64,000 nucleotides of DNA from an uncultured Chloroflexia bacterium (GCA_963734535.1 CAVTHS010000002.1:96001-160000), one strand, 5' to 3'. Numbered from the stretch's first letter, positions 10,224 to 20,950 are shown. The notes: generated by a model from the letters alone, not told the origin. A program made the numbers and translations.

Positions 10224-10499
10224 ATGCGGAGCATGTGGGCGCGAGGGGTCCTGCTCTGGACGGTTGCGCTGCTGGCCCTCGCCATCGTGCTCGCCGTCAT
10301 CGCGGTGACGGGTCTCATGGACGCCCAGCAGAGGTGCTTCTTCGAATACCCGTCCGTCGCGTGCCCGGGCGGCCAGGACTGGCGGGTGGGGCTGCTCACG
10401 TTCGCCTTCTTCGGCGTCCCGGTCATCTGGCTCGTCGGAGCGGTCGTAGCGATCGCCATTCGGGTGCTCGCGAGGCGGAAGCGCGAGCGCAGGCCGTAG
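10224..10499 (+). CDS. Small two-TM membrane protein
   Basis: Two hydrophobic helices flanking a Cys-Cys loop, basic tail, and a purine-rich RBS (GAAGGGG). Confidence 0.6.
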   Translation: MRSMWARGVLLWTVALLALAIVLAVIAVTGLMDAQQRCFFEYPSVACPGGQDWRVGLLTFAFFGVPVIWLVGAVVAIAIRVLARRKRERRP

Positions 10500-10717
10500 T
10501 CGCCGCGGAGTCGTTGTCGCGCCTGGGCCGCGCGCCCGGCGCCGACGGAGATGCCAGGCGGATCGACGTCCGATCTCGGGCCGGGTGCTGGGACGGTTGC
10601 GGCGGCTGACTGCCGGCGGCCGTTCGGGCGCGTCGCGATCCCGGGAAGGCCGACGTGGAGCACGATCGCTCCAATCGACCAGAACGTGAATGGTCTTCCC
10701 AGCTACCCGCGCAGCGC

Positions 10718-10740
10718 CGCGGAGAGGTGCCAGAGCGGCC
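10718..10740 (+). repeat. Copy of the tRNA-Ser(TGA) 5' end (att-like direct repeat)
   Basis: CGCGGAGAGGTGCCAGAGCGG at 10718-10738 is identical to 29770-29790. Confidence 0.8.
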
Positions 10741-10762
10741 TGAAACGCCGACTCCCCCAGAC

Positions 10763-11236
10763 CTAGCCGGGCGTCGGCGTGTCCGAGGTCGCCGGGATGC
10801 CAGCCAGGATCCGGCGGCGCAAACGGGCGAGGTTCTTGCGGGTCTCGGCTCGACCGACCGCCGGGAAGATCGGGTCCAGCAGGTTCAGCGGGAACCGCAT
10901 GCGGCCCGTCGCACTGTAGGTGACCCGGCACCGCTCCTCCCCGACAGGGTCCACCGTGTAGGTCACGATCGACTCGACGTGGGGACCGCCCCGGAGGGCC
11001 GCGGTCAGGAAGTGGCCTTCCTCGACAATCCGAACATCGCCGTCGAGGTGCGTGGCCTTGCCCGCGTAGACCCGCCCGGCCGTGAACCGCATCCCGACGA
11101 AGAGGGGTCCCTCGTCGATCTGCTTGACGTCCAGGATGCCGTGCTCCCATAGCGGCACCTGCTCGAGAGCGGCGAGGTACGGCCACACGACCGCCGCGGG
11201 CCGCTCGATCTCCATGCCCTGGCTGATCTTGAACAC
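10763..11236 (-). CDS. SRPBCC (polyketide cyclase/dehydrase-like) family protein
   Basis: IERPAAVVWPYLA...PLWE pattern and C-terminal helix; GGAAGGAG before GTG 11236. Confidence 0.8.
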   Translation of the reverse strand: MFKISQGMEIERPAAVVWPYLAALEQVPLWEHGILDVKQIDEGPLFVGMRFTAGRVYAGKATHLDGDVRIVEEGHFLTAALRGGPHVESIVTYTVDPVGEERCRVTYSATGRMRFPLNLLDPIFPAVGRAETRKNLARLRRRILAGIPATSDTPTPG

Positions 11237-11506
11237 TGTCGGGACGCTCCTTCCTACGACCATGCAGCCGGTGCTTGTCCCATCCCGTTTTCGCTCTGCG
11301 GGAGCCAGCTCCGCGATGATTGGTGCGCCCGCTCGAACCCTCCAAAGGCGGTACGCCTGTAGCACCGGCTCGTCGGCGTGCGGGTCCACGAGCGAATCCG
11401 GCGCCGGAGCCCGGCGCGGGCTCCGCTCCGGGGTTCCTGATGCACCGAGATGCGCAATCTCCCGGCCTCCGCGCGGGATGGACGCCGGATAGTGTCGCGG
11501 TCCGGC

Positions 11507-11524
11507 CGTTCCAGGACCGTTACG
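11507..11524 (-). promoter_or_regulatory. Putative SARP box type A
   Basis: CGTAACG-N4-TGGAACG (11-bp period), followed 10 nt later by GACACT. Confidence 0.5.
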
Positions 11525-11581
11525 GTCGGGGACCAGGTACTCCACGCGGGGCCGGCTCTGCCGTTGATCCTCGTTCGGACC

Positions 11582-14536
11582 CTACCAGTCCACCAACTTC
11601 CAGATCTCCGGCTCGAGCTCGCCTGGGCGCCCGCCGACCTCGGCGAAGAGGGTCACGGCTCGCGTGAGGTGCTCCATGGCCTCGTCGGGGTGGCCGGTCA
11701 CCTGCAGCTGGTCAGCCAGGTTGTTCTCCAGGGCGGCCTGCCGGTGCCGATCACCCTGGCGTTCACAGCGAGCAAGGGCGTCCAGTGTCAGGCTGATCGC
11801 ACGCTCGTGGTCGCCCTCGTCCGCGAGCACGAGGGCGAGGCTGTTCAGGGCTGCGATCCGAAGGCCCGGGTCCAGCCCGATGCCCCGTCCGTCGTCGGAC
11901 TCGGCCGCGTCAACGACGGCCAGCGAACGCTCCAGGTGAGCGCGCGCGATCGCAAGATCGCCCCGACGGCGCGCCAGGATCCCGAGCAGGTCGAGCGACC
12001 GGGCGATCCCGACCGGGTCGGCGACGCCCTCGGCCAGCGCGAGCGCTTCGCGGGCGAGCCGCTCGGCGCGACCATGGTCGGCAGACCGCTCGGCGATGGC
12101 GCTCAGGTCGGCAAGGATCCGAGAGCGCGTCGCCGTGTCCGCACCGGCGGCCAGGGCAGCTGACAGGTGGTGGTCCGCCCGCTCCCAATCACCCCTGCGG
12201 GCGTGGACCAGGCCCTGGCGATGCTCGAGGATGGCCTGTCTCTCGGGCCCGGCGAGCGCGGACGCGGACGCGAGGTGGAAAAGCGCGCCCTCGTAATCGC
12301 CGAGCAGGGTCAGGACCTCTCCCAGCGCACCGTGGAGCTCCGCGGTCGCCGGGTGTCCGAGCGCGAGAGCGGCTTCCAGGTGCACCCGCGCCTCGTCGTT
12401 CGCGTAGATCAGGCGCGCCTCGTCGCCGGCGCGGCGGTGTGCCTCGCCGGCCGCCTCCGTCCGTCCTGCAAGCGCCTCGTGGAGCGCGATCAGCGACCAG
12501 CGGTCGCGACCGAGACCGGCGTCGTTGCGCCGAACGGCCAGTGCTGTCGCGACGCGGCCGTGGAGCAGTCGGCGGCGGGAGAGGCTCAGCGCGTCGTAGG
12601 CCACATCACGGATGCGGCCATGCGTGAAGTCGAGGCGGAGATCATCCGGCGCGGCGGACCCAACCTCGCGAACGAGACCACGTCGGCTGAGCTCCTCGAG
12701 CCCGGCCACCGTCTCGTCGTCGCTCCTCCCGCTCGCCGCGCGCACCAGGTCCGGATCGAAGGAGCGGCCGATGACGGCAGCGGCCGCGAGGACCTGCCGA
12801 CCGACGTCGCTCACCGTCGCGATCCTCGACCGGAGGAGCGTGTTCACGCCGCCGGGTAGCGAGGCGCCCGTGGATTCGGGCCGGGCCAGCGCCTCGATCA
12901 CGTAGAGCGGGAGCCCCTCCGACTCATCGAAGAGCGCATCGATCCGTTCGGCGCTCATCGATCCGCCGAGGACCGCATCGGCGAGCGTCGCCACATCGGA
13001 CCGATCAAGCCGATCGAGATGGATCCGGGCGGCGAGGCCCGTCTGTGTGGCGACCTCCAGGATGCGCTCGCGGACGCCCGGCTCGAGGTCCTCGACACGC
13101 CAGGTCACCATCAACGCCAACGGATGATCGTGGAGGCGTCGGGCAAGGTAGCCCAGGAATTCAAGCGTCGACGCATCGGCCAGGTGGACGTCGTCGATCC
13201 AGACGATCCCCGGAACCGCGCCCCGGACGAGCGCCACGACGACCGAGCCAAGCGCCTCGAAGAGCCGAACGCGCCCGAACGGGTCGCCTTCGAGCGGCGG
13301 CGCAATCGGGGGGACGCCGGGCACGGGAAGCAGCCGCGTCAGCTCCGCGAGGGCCCTGGGCTCGATCGCGGCAAGTCTCGCGGACGCGTCCGGACGGGCA
13401 AACCCGGACCGGAGCACCTCGGCGACGACGCCCAGCGGGATCGCCTCCTCGCCCGCGTACGCCCTGGCCTCCAGGACCGTGGCACCCCGATCGCGCGCGA
13501 CGTCCACCACGGTGGTCGCGATCCGGGTCTTGCCGATGCCGGGCTCACCCTCGATGACCAGAAGGCAGCCCTGTCGATCGACGGCCTGGAGCGTCGCGAG
13601 AAGCGTTTCGAGCTCGCGATCCCGGCCGACAAGAGGCGCCCGCGAGACGGGCCCAGGGCGCGTGCCATGCACGGGCGGGGTCGCCGCCTGCGGCCGCGGG
13701 GCGATCGCCTGGGGGTCGAGCGCGCCGACTCCCCGACGCTCGATGAGCCGGCCCGCCCGGATCGCCTCCGCGAGATCCGTTGTCTCGGTGAGCGGCGCGA
13801 CGCCCAGCTCGCGGTCGAGGATCCGGACGCAGTCGCGGTACTGGGCGAGGGCCGCAGCTGGCTCGCCCGAGGTGGCCAGGACTTCCATGAGCAGCCGATG
13901 CGCCGGCTCGTGGAGCGGATCGAGCTCCAGCCATCGGCGCGCGGTCGAGGCCGCCGCACCCCAGGCCCGAGTCAGCGCCTCGCCGCGGGCAAGTCGTTCG
14001 AGGACGCCGGCCAGCTCTCGCCGAAGCGTCGAAGCCTCGGCCAGCTGCCACTCCTCGAACTCCTCGGAGTCGCGCAGGGAGAAGCCTGCCAGGAACTCGC
14101 CACGGTCGAGTGTCGCTGCCGCGAGGAGCGCCTCGCGGCAGCTCGGGCAGAGCGCGTGGCCCTGGTGCGCGTGACCTCGCGCGACGGCCAGAGCCTCCTC
14201 GAAGGTCCAGAGGTCCACGTCGAAGGCCGCGGCATCGAGGGCAACCATCGAGCGATCGACGATCAGACCGGGTTCACCGAGCCCCGCGCGGAGGACCGAG
14301 AGTGTCCGCCGAAGCGCGCCGCGGGCACCGGCGCCGTCGGCCTCCGGCCAGAGCAGCGCGGCGATCGCCTCACGACCCGCGGGGCGGCGGATCGCCGCCA
14401 GGTAGGCGAGCAGGGCGACTGCCTTGCGGGTGTCCACGGCAAGAGGCGATCCCTCCACCTCCACCGACACCGGTCCGAGCAGGCGAGCCCGGATGCGCGG
14501 CGACGCGACACGCAGCGGCGGCTCCTGGGTCGTCAT
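11582..14536 (-). CDS. SARP-family regulator: wHTH-BTAD-AAA ATPase-TPR
   Basis: RLLGP..., KAVALLAYLA, LDPLHEPAHRLLM, LVGRDREL and GEPGIGKT motifs; TPR-like C-terminus. Confidence 0.92.
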   Translation of the reverse strand: MTTQEPPLRVASPRIRARLLGPVSVEVEGSPLAVDTRKAVALLAYLAAIRRPAGREAIAALLWPEADGAGARGALRRTLSVLRAGLGEPGLIVDRSMVALDAAAFDVDLWTFEEALAVARGHAHQGHALCPSCREALLAAATLDRGEFLAGFSLRDSEEFEEWQLAEASTLRRELAGVLERLARGEALTRAWGAAASTARRWLELDPLHEPAHRLLMEVLATSGEPAAALAQYRDCVRILDRELGVAPLTETTDLAEAIRAGRLIERRGVGALDPQAIAPRPQAATPPVHGTRPGPVSRAPLVGRDRELETLLATLQAVDRQGCLLVIEGEPGIGKTRIATTVVDVARDRGATVLEARAYAGEEAIPLGVVAEVLRSGFARPDASARLAAIEPRALAELTRLLPVPGVPPIAPPLEGDPFGRVRLFEALGSVVVALVRGAVPGIVWIDDVHLADASTLEFLGYLARRLHDHPLALMVTWRVEDLEPGVRERILEVATQTGLAARIHLDRLDRSDVATLADAVLGGSMSAERIDALFDESEGLPLYVIEALARPESTGASLPGGVNTLLRSRIATVSDVGRQVLAAAAVIGRSFDPDLVRAASGRSDDETVAGLEELSRRGLVREVGSAAPDDLRLDFTHGRIRDVAYDALSLSRRRLLHGRVATALAVRRNDAGLGRDRWSLIALHEALAGRTEAAGEAHRRAGDEARLIYANDEARVHLEAALALGHPATAELHGALGEVLTLLGDYEGALFHLASASALAGPERQAILEHRQGLVHARRGDWERADHHLSAALAAGADTATRSRILADLSAIAERSADHGRAERLAREALALAEGVADPVGIARSLDLLGILARRRGDLAIARAHLERSLAVVDAAESDDGRGIGLDPGLRIAALNSLALVLADEGDHERAISLTLDALARCERQGDRHRQAALENNLADQLQVTGHPDEAMEHLTRAVTLFAEVGGRPGELEPEIWKLVDW

Positions 14537-14640
14537 GAAACGTCACGGTACTCCACCAGGCCCGCACACGGTAACGAAACCATCCCCCGGGGCAGGAGCA
14601 TGGCAGACCGATTGGTCGCGAATCGGGCGGCGCCGAATGC

Positions 14641-14673
14641 CGTAACGTTCCGCGAACGGTAGTCCCCGAGGAT
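14641..14673 (+). promoter_or_regulatory. Putative SARP box type A with -10 element (leaderless promoter)
   Basis: CGTAACG-N4-GCGAACG, 9 nt, GAGGAT, 6 nt, ATG 14680. Confidence 0.6.
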
Positions 14674-14679
14674 GGCCAG

Positions 14680-15920
14680 ATGAACAGCAAGCGTCCCGTT
14701 CCGACGGCCGTGGCCCCGCGTCTCGAGGCGATCCGCCCTCTTGGCACGAAGGGGCGGATCGCGATCGTTATCCCCGTCGTGGTGGGCGCCATCATTGCCG
14801 CACCGAGCGGGTTCGGCCTCTACTTCTTCATCCCGTACGCCGGCGTCGGGACGCTCCTCGTGATCCGGCGACCCCGCACGTCGATCGGATGGATCCTGCT
14901 CGCCCTCGCCTGGGCCTTCGCGCTCGTAACACTGTCGGTCGACGCAACGGCAGGACAGTTTGTCGACGGGAGCCTTGGCCCTGTGGAATGCCACCGTCGC
15001 GGTCGTCTCCGCCGCGGCTGGCGGCGCTGCATTCTTCCTGTTCGCCCTGCTCTCGATCGTCTTCCCGTCGGGACGGCTTCCGGGTGGCCGTTGGGGGGTG
15101 GCCGCTCGGCTCGGGCTCGGCGTGGGGCTCTCTCTTCGTCGCCGCCGGCGCGCTCATGCCAATGATCACGATGAGCCTCTGGGGATCGACTTCGAGCATG
15201 ACGGTTCCGAATCCGGCAGCGGTCCTGCCCGACCTGCCGATCTGGAGCGTCGTCACACCAGGCACGGCCATCCTGCCGATCGCGGTGCTGATGGTCGCTG
15301 CCGCTGTCTCGCTCGTGGTCCGCTACCGGCGGGTGGCGGGCATCGAGCGCCAGCAGTTTCGGTGGCTCACGGCGGCACTGTCATTCGTCGTGGCGGCCGT
15401 CGTGGGCGGCTTCATCGTGGGCACCCTGATCCCGGCCGCGGGCGAGAGCGGCGTGGTGTGGCTCGGTGCCGTCGTGGCATTCCCCTGCGTCCCCATCGCC
15501 ATCGGGATCGCCGTCCTGCGGTACCGGCTGTACGAGATCGATCGGATCATCAGCCGCGCGATCGGGTACCTCATCGTGACAAGCGTGCTGGTCGCCGCGT
15601 TCGCCATGCTGGTCCTCGGACTGACATCCGTGCTCGAGCCGCTCACCGGGGGCAACACCCTCGCGGTCGCCGGCTCCACGCTCGTCGTGGCAGCCCTCTT
15701 TCAGCCGCTCCGGGCGCGGGTCCAGCGCGCGGTCGACCGGCGCTTCGACCGCTCCCGGTACGACGGGGAACGGCTGCTCGCCGCCCTCGGGGAACGCCTG
15801 CGCGACGAGGTGGACCTGGCGGCCATCCGGGGCGAGGTCCTGGCCACGGTGGATGCCGCCGTTCGGCCGTCGGGATCCGGGCTATGGCTGCGTCGTCCGG
15901 ATGCTGGGGGCGGGGCGTGA
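14680..15920 (+). CDS. Multi-TM sensor-like membrane protein ending in an N-terminal GAF fragment (two frameshifts, about 14980 and 15130)
   Basis: Joined across frames: RRPRTSIGW, FPSGRLPGGRW, ERQQFRWL, LRYRLYEIDRII, LFQPLRARVQRAVDRRFDRSRYD and LRDEVDL...SGLWLR. Confidence 0.75.
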
Positions 15921-15943
15921 CGAATTGCGCAAATCCCTGTGCT

Positions 15944-15976
15944 CGTAACGGTTTACGAACGCTCGAGGGGTAGAAC
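15944..15976 (+). promoter_or_regulatory. Putative SARP box type A with -10 element (leaderless promoter)
   Basis: CGTAACG-N4-ACGAACG, 9 nt, TAGAAC, 6 nt, ATG 15983. Confidence 0.6.
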
Positions 15977-15982
15977 CAGGCC

Positions 15983-17699
15983 ATGACATTCATCGACTCG
16001 ATCAGGCGGACGGTCGGACGCGGCCCGCGGGGGGTCAGCGACGAAACGCCGCAGGCCGGCGCAACCACGGCAGCAGGAGGGACCGCGGTGGTTGCGTCGG
16101 AGACCTCGAGCGCCGCTTTCGACGCGCAGGCAGCCGCACCCGCAAACGGGACGGAGACTGGTCCCGCCATCGAGATCGCGCCGTCCGACCCACTGTTCGC
16201 CTACCTCCAGTCGGCGAGCGGGGTCGTCGACGCAGAGCGCCTGGACCTCGAGTCGACCGCGCTCGCGCAGTTGCGGGGCGCCGGCGTGCGGGTCATCGTC
16301 CCGCTGGTCACCCAGGGCGAGCTGATCGGCGCGCTCTACCTGGGCCCCCGCCTCTCGGACCAGGACTACAGCACCGACGACCACAAGCTCCTTTCGACGC
16401 TCGCCGCCCAGGCGGCGCCCGCGATCCGGGTGGCCCAGCTTGTCCGCGAGCAGGCGTCGAGATCCAGGCCCGGGAGCGCCTGGAGCAGGAGATGCGGGTC
16501 GCCACCCTGATCCAGCAGCAGTTCCTGCCACACGAGCTGCCCCAGCTGCCCGACTGGCAGGTCGCTGCGTACTACGGCCCCGCGCGCGCGGTCGGCGGCG
16601 ACTTCTACGACTTCATCGCGCTGCCCGACGGCCGGATCGGGATCGTCGTCGGCGACGTCACCGACAAGGGAGTCCCGGCGGCCCTGATCATGGCCCGCAC
16701 CCAGTCCGTCCTCCGCGGAGAGGCGCCCAGACTGATCTCGCCGGCGAAGGTCCTGGAGCGGGCGAACGAGATCCTCCTGCCGGAGATGCCGGCCCGGATG
16801 TTCGTCACCTGCCTGTACATGATCCTTGACCCGACCACGGGTGAGGTGGTGTACGCAAACGCGGGCCACAACCTGCCGTATGTCCGCACCGCGGACGGCG
16901 TGGTCGAGCTCCGGGCGACCGGGATGCCACTCGGCCTCCTGCCCGGGATGGACTACCCGGAGCACGAGGCGGTCCTCGCGCCCGGCGAGAGCGTGCTCCT
17001 CTACAGCGACGGGCTCGTCGAGGCGCACGACCGCGCCGGCGACATGTTCGGGTTCCCGCGGCTCCGCGAGCTCATGGCGACCGATCTCCCCGGCAGCGAC
17101 CTCCTGGACCACCTCCTCGACGAGCTCCACGGCTTCGTGGGGAAGGGCTGGGACCAGGAGGACGACATCACGCTGGTCGCCCTCCAGCGGACCGGCGGCG
17201 GCGCCACGGCGCTTACCGCGGAGACCGAGGCCGAGGAGCCGGAGCGGATCGCGTCCTGCTGCGCGACTCGCTCCCGGGCGAGCCGGGCAACGAGCGCCTG
17301 GCGATGGACCGGGTCGCCGAGTCCGTCGCCCAGCTCGCGATCGAGCCCGCCCGGCTGGAGCGCCTCAAGACCGCCGTCAGCGAGGCCGCGATGAACGCGA
17401 TCGAATACGGCAGCCAGAACGACCCGACGATTCCGATCGAGATCGAGGCGGTCGTGACGGGCCACGACCTGGTCGTCCGGATCACCGACCGGGGTCTGGG
17501 CGGCCCGCTGGGCGACGCGGAGGAGCCGGATCTCGAGAAGAAGCTGGCCGGCGACCAGAAGCCGCGCGGCTGGGGTCTCTTCCTGATCAAGCACATGGTG
17601 GACGCCATGGAGGTCACGCCACACGGCACTGGCCAGACCGTGACCCTCACCCTCCACCTGGAAGGAGCCAGCGATGCCGGCGATCCCGTTCACGGCTGA
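15983..17699 (+). CDS. Partial GAF - SpoIIE/PP2C phosphatase - RsbW-like HATPase fusion (frameshifts about 16456 and 17250)
   Basis: VPLVTQGELIGALYLG (GAF); VGGDFYD, GDVTDKGVPAA, YSDGLVE and DDITL (PP2C); AVSEAAMNAIEYG, DRGLG and RGWGLFLI (HATPase). Confidence 0.85.
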
Positions 17700-18048
17700 G
17701 GTCCACGGAAACCCCGAGCTCGCCACGATCGAGCTTCGCGGCGACGTCAACGCGGCCGCCGAGGCCGGGCTCGCCGCGGCCTACCGCGAGGTCACGGAGA
17801 TCGGCGCTGGCGCCGTCCTGCTCGACTTCGGTGGAACCGCGTACATCAACAGCACCGGGATCGCGCTGATCGTCCGGCTCCTGGCCGACGGCAGGAAGGA
17901 TCGACGCGAGGTGCGGGCGTGCGGGCTCAGCCCGCACTACGTCGAGATCTTCCAGATCACGCGGCTGTCCGACTACATGCAGATCTTCGACGACCAGGCA
18001 AGCGCGACAGCCGCCGCTGTCGCCACCACGGCGGGAGGGGAGCGATGA
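17674..18048 (+). CDS. STAS-domain anti-sigma factor antagonist
   Basis: LDFGGTAYINSTGI motif with phosphorylatable Ser. Confidence 0.88.
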   Translation: MPAIPFTAEVHGNPELATIELRGDVNAAAEAGLAAAYREVTEIGAGAVLLDFGGTAYINSTGIALIVRLLADGRKDRREVRACGLSPHYVEIFQITRLSDYMQIFDDQASATAAAVATTAGGER

Positions 18049-18401
18049 CGACGGGGACGACGACGATCGAGGTCCACGCGTTGAAGGCGGGGGCCTCCGA
18101 GATCGCGATCGCGGGGGATGTCACGTCCGCGAGCGAGGGCGCGCTGATGGACGCCTACGCCCTCGTCAGCGAAGCCGGGGCGAAGCTGGTCGTGCTCGAT
18201 TTCGGCCGGCTCGACTACATGAACAGCGGTGGGATCGGTCTGCTCGTGACGCTCCTGGTCCGCGTTCAGCGCCAGGGCCAGCGGCTCATGGCCGTCGGGC
18301 TCAGCGACCACTATCGCCAGATCCTGGCCCTCACCCGGCTCGACGAGGCGATCGCCATCCACCCGACCACCGCCGACGCCCTGACCGCCGCGGGCGCCTG
18401 A
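18045..18401 (+). CDS. STAS-domain anti-sigma factor antagonist
   Basis: LDFGRLDYMNSGGI motif; ATGA overlap with the previous gene. Confidence 0.88.
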   Translation: MTTGTTTIEVHALKAGASEIAIAGDVTSASEGALMDAYALVSEAGAKLVVLDFGRLDYMNSGGIGLLVTLLVRVQRQGQRLMAVGLSDHYRQILALTRLDEAIAIHPTTADALTAAGA

Positions 18402-18443
18402 GGCGCCCGGCTCATCACGTGGAGCTCCACGGGGGGACGAACA

Positions 18444-19203
18444 ATGATCGAGAACCGAACACCGCCGCCGGTCGGGGCCGAGACACCTCGACAGAGCGAG
18501 GCCAACTGGTCGAAGCCGGTGGACCGCCTCGCCGTGGGCGAGCTCCCGGCAACGGCGCTCAACCTGAACGTCGACGGCCGTCGCCTTGTCGGTCCCGTGC
18601 AGGGATTCGGCCAGCTCTGGCAGAAGCGCTATCGGATCCGGCTGGAAGGCGCAGAGACGGCACCCGAGCAGGTGATCTCCACGTGGAAGAGCGAGTTCGG
18701 CACGTTCTGGCCGAAGGGAGCCAGCTTCTACGGGCCGATCACCGGGATCGCCCCCGGGCGAGGTCGCCCTTCTGAACCTCGCCGTGCCCGGCGGCCAGAC
18801 GCTCTCGACCGGGGTCATGGTCATCTACGCGGACGAGGAATCATTCACGTTCATGACACCGGAAGGCCACATGTTCGCGGCCTGGATCACCTTCAGCGCC
18901 CACCAGGACGATGCGACCACGGTCGTCCAGATCGAGACTCTGCTGCGCGCCAACGACCCGATGTACGAGGTCACGATGGCCCTCGGCGGCCACAGGCGGG
19001 AGAACGCCTTCTGGCTCGCGACATTGCACAACCTTGCCGCGCGGTTCAACGTCGATGCCACCCCGACGCTGGAGCAGACCCGCGTCGACCGGAAGCGCCA
19101 ATGGAAGAACGCCAAGAACATCCGGCACAACGCGGCGATCCGCTCGACGATCTGGACCGCGACGCATCCGCGGCACTGGTTCCGGCGCGCACGGGAGGCG
19201 TAG
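18444..19203 (+). CDS. Conserved hypothetical protein, possibly SRPBCC-like fold (frameshift about 18755)
   Basis: GPVQGFGQLWQKRY in the first frame continues as TGVMVIYADEESFTFMTPEGHMFAAW in the second; GGAGG-like RBS. Confidence 0.65.
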
Positions 19204-19267
19204 TCGCCGGTCGAACGCTGTCACCGGGCGCGCGACGCGTTCGTCGCCCGTGGGGCACCATGGGTGC

Positions 19268-20707
19268 ATGAAGCCTGACGCGCCCGACGCGATCGTCGTC
19301 GGGTCGGGACCGAACGGGCTGGCCGCCGCGATCACCCTGGCCCGCGCGGGTCGGTCGGTCGTCGTGTACGAAGCGCACCCCACGGTCGGCGGGGGGATGC
19401 GCAGCGCGGAGCTGACGCTGCCCGGGTTCGTCCACGACATCTGTTCGGCCGTCCAGGGGACGTCGACGGCCTCGCCCTTCTTCCGCGACCTCGACCTCGG
19501 GCGGTTCGGGCTCGAGTTCATCGACCCACCGGCACCGCTCGCCCATCCCCTCGACGGCGGTCGCGCGGCCGTCCTCGAGCGGTCGGTCGCCGAGACGGCA
19601 GCCGGGCTGGGGGGCGACCGGGCAGCCTACCGACGGCTGATGGGACCCCTCGTGCGCGACGCCGACGCCGTGATGAACCTCGTGTTGGGCCCGGTCTTCC
19701 GCGTCCCGCGCCACCCACTGGCGGCGGCCCGGTTCGGGTTGCCGGCGCTCCGCTCGGCGGTCGGGCTCGCCCGGAGCAGGTTCAGGGGAGACGATGCCCG
19801 GGCGCTGCTTGCCGGAGTCAGCGCCCACTCGATGCTGCGCCTCGACCGGCCCCTCACCGCCTCGTTCGGACTGGTCCTGGCCATCACCGCTCACGCCTAC
19901 GGCTGGCCGATCGTGCGCGGCGGAACCCAGCAGCTCGCCGACGCCCTCGCTGCCGAGCTGCGATCCCTGGGCGGGGAGATCGTGACGGACCACCCCGTGA
20001 CCTCGATCTCCGAGCTCCCGGCGGCCCGGGCGGTGCTCTTCGACACCACGCCGCGCGCACTCGCCGCGATCGCCGGCGAACGCCTGCCGGGCCGGTATCG
20101 GCGCCGCCTCGAGGGGTTCCGCTACGGCCCGGGTGTCGTCAAGGTCGACTGGGCGCTCAGCGCCCCGATCCCCTGGCAGGCGAAGGGTGCCGGTCGGGCG
20201 GGAACGGTCCACGTCGGCGGGACGCTCGACGAGATCCGCGCGGCCGAAGCGGAGGTCGCGGCCGGGCGCCACCCGGAGCGGCCCTTCGTGCTGGTCGTTC
20301 AGCAGAGCCGCTTCGACGCGAGCCGTGCGCCCGCAGGGCGCCACACGGGCTGGGCCTACTGCCACGTCCCGAACAGCTCGACGTTCGACATGAGCGATCG
20401 GATCGAGGCCCAGGTCGAGCGGTTCGCGCCCGGCTTCCGCGACACGATCCTTGCGCGCTCGGTTCGCCTGCCGGCCGACCTGGAGGCCTACAACCCGAAC
20501 TACGTCGGGGGCGACATCAACGCTGGCATCGAGGACATCCGCCAGCTGTTCACGCGGCCCGTGGCCAGGCTGGACCCCTACTCCACGCCAACCCCCGGGA
20601 TCTACCTGTGCTCCTCCTCGACGCCACCAGGCGGCGGCGTCCACGGGATGTGCGGCGTCTGGGCCGCTCGGTCGGCGCTCCGCCGGGAGTTCGCCAGCGG
20701 CGACTGA
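19268..20707 (+). CDS. Phytoene dehydrogenase-like FAD-dependent oxidoreductase
   Basis: VVGSGPNGLAAA, GFVHDICSAV and LCSSSTPPGGGVHGMCG motifs. Confidence 0.9.
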   Translation: MKPDAPDAIVVGSGPNGLAAAITLARAGRSVVVYEAHPTVGGGMRSAELTLPGFVHDICSAVQGTSTASPFFRDLDLGRFGLEFIDPPAPLAHPLDGGRAAVLERSVAETAAGLGGDRAAYRRLMGPLVRDADAVMNLVLGPVFRVPRHPLAAARFGLPALRSAVGLARSRFRGDDARALLAGVSAHSMLRLDRPLTASFGLVLAITAHAYGWPIVRGGTQQLADALAAELRSLGGEIVTDHPVTSISELPAARAVLFDTTPRALAAIAGERLPGRYRRRLEGFRYGPGVVKVDWALSAPIPWQAKGAGRAGTVHVGGTLDEIRAAEAEVAAGRHPERPFVLVVQQSRFDASRAPAGRHTGWAYCHVPNSSTFDMSDRIEAQVERFAPGFRDTILARSVRLPADLEAYNPNYVGGDINAGIEDIRQLFTRPVARLDPYSTPTPGIYLCSSSTPPGGGVHGMCGVWAARSALRREFASGD

Positions 20708-20950
20708 CCGGCGGCCAGGCCGGGGCACGCTCGCGCGCGGGATACCTGTGGGCACCTCCCCACACGCCGTCATCTGCTCGCGGCTGGGCATCGCGTTGCG
20801 GCCAGGTGGCTCCACGGAGTCCCATCCTCGGGGCAGTGGGGTGAGCACCACGCTTCCAGACAAGCTGGCGGCACCCACGGGACTCCTGTCCAGCGGGCGG
20901 TGCGTCAGCCATCGCGCGCGTTGGACGCCGACGGCTCCCCGGCGATGGGA

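Noticed and set aside
10544-10562. ACGGAGATGCCAGGCGGA as a fourth tRNA-Ser 5' remnant
   Set aside because: Needs several gaps to align, so it is not distinguishable from chance in GC-rich DNA.
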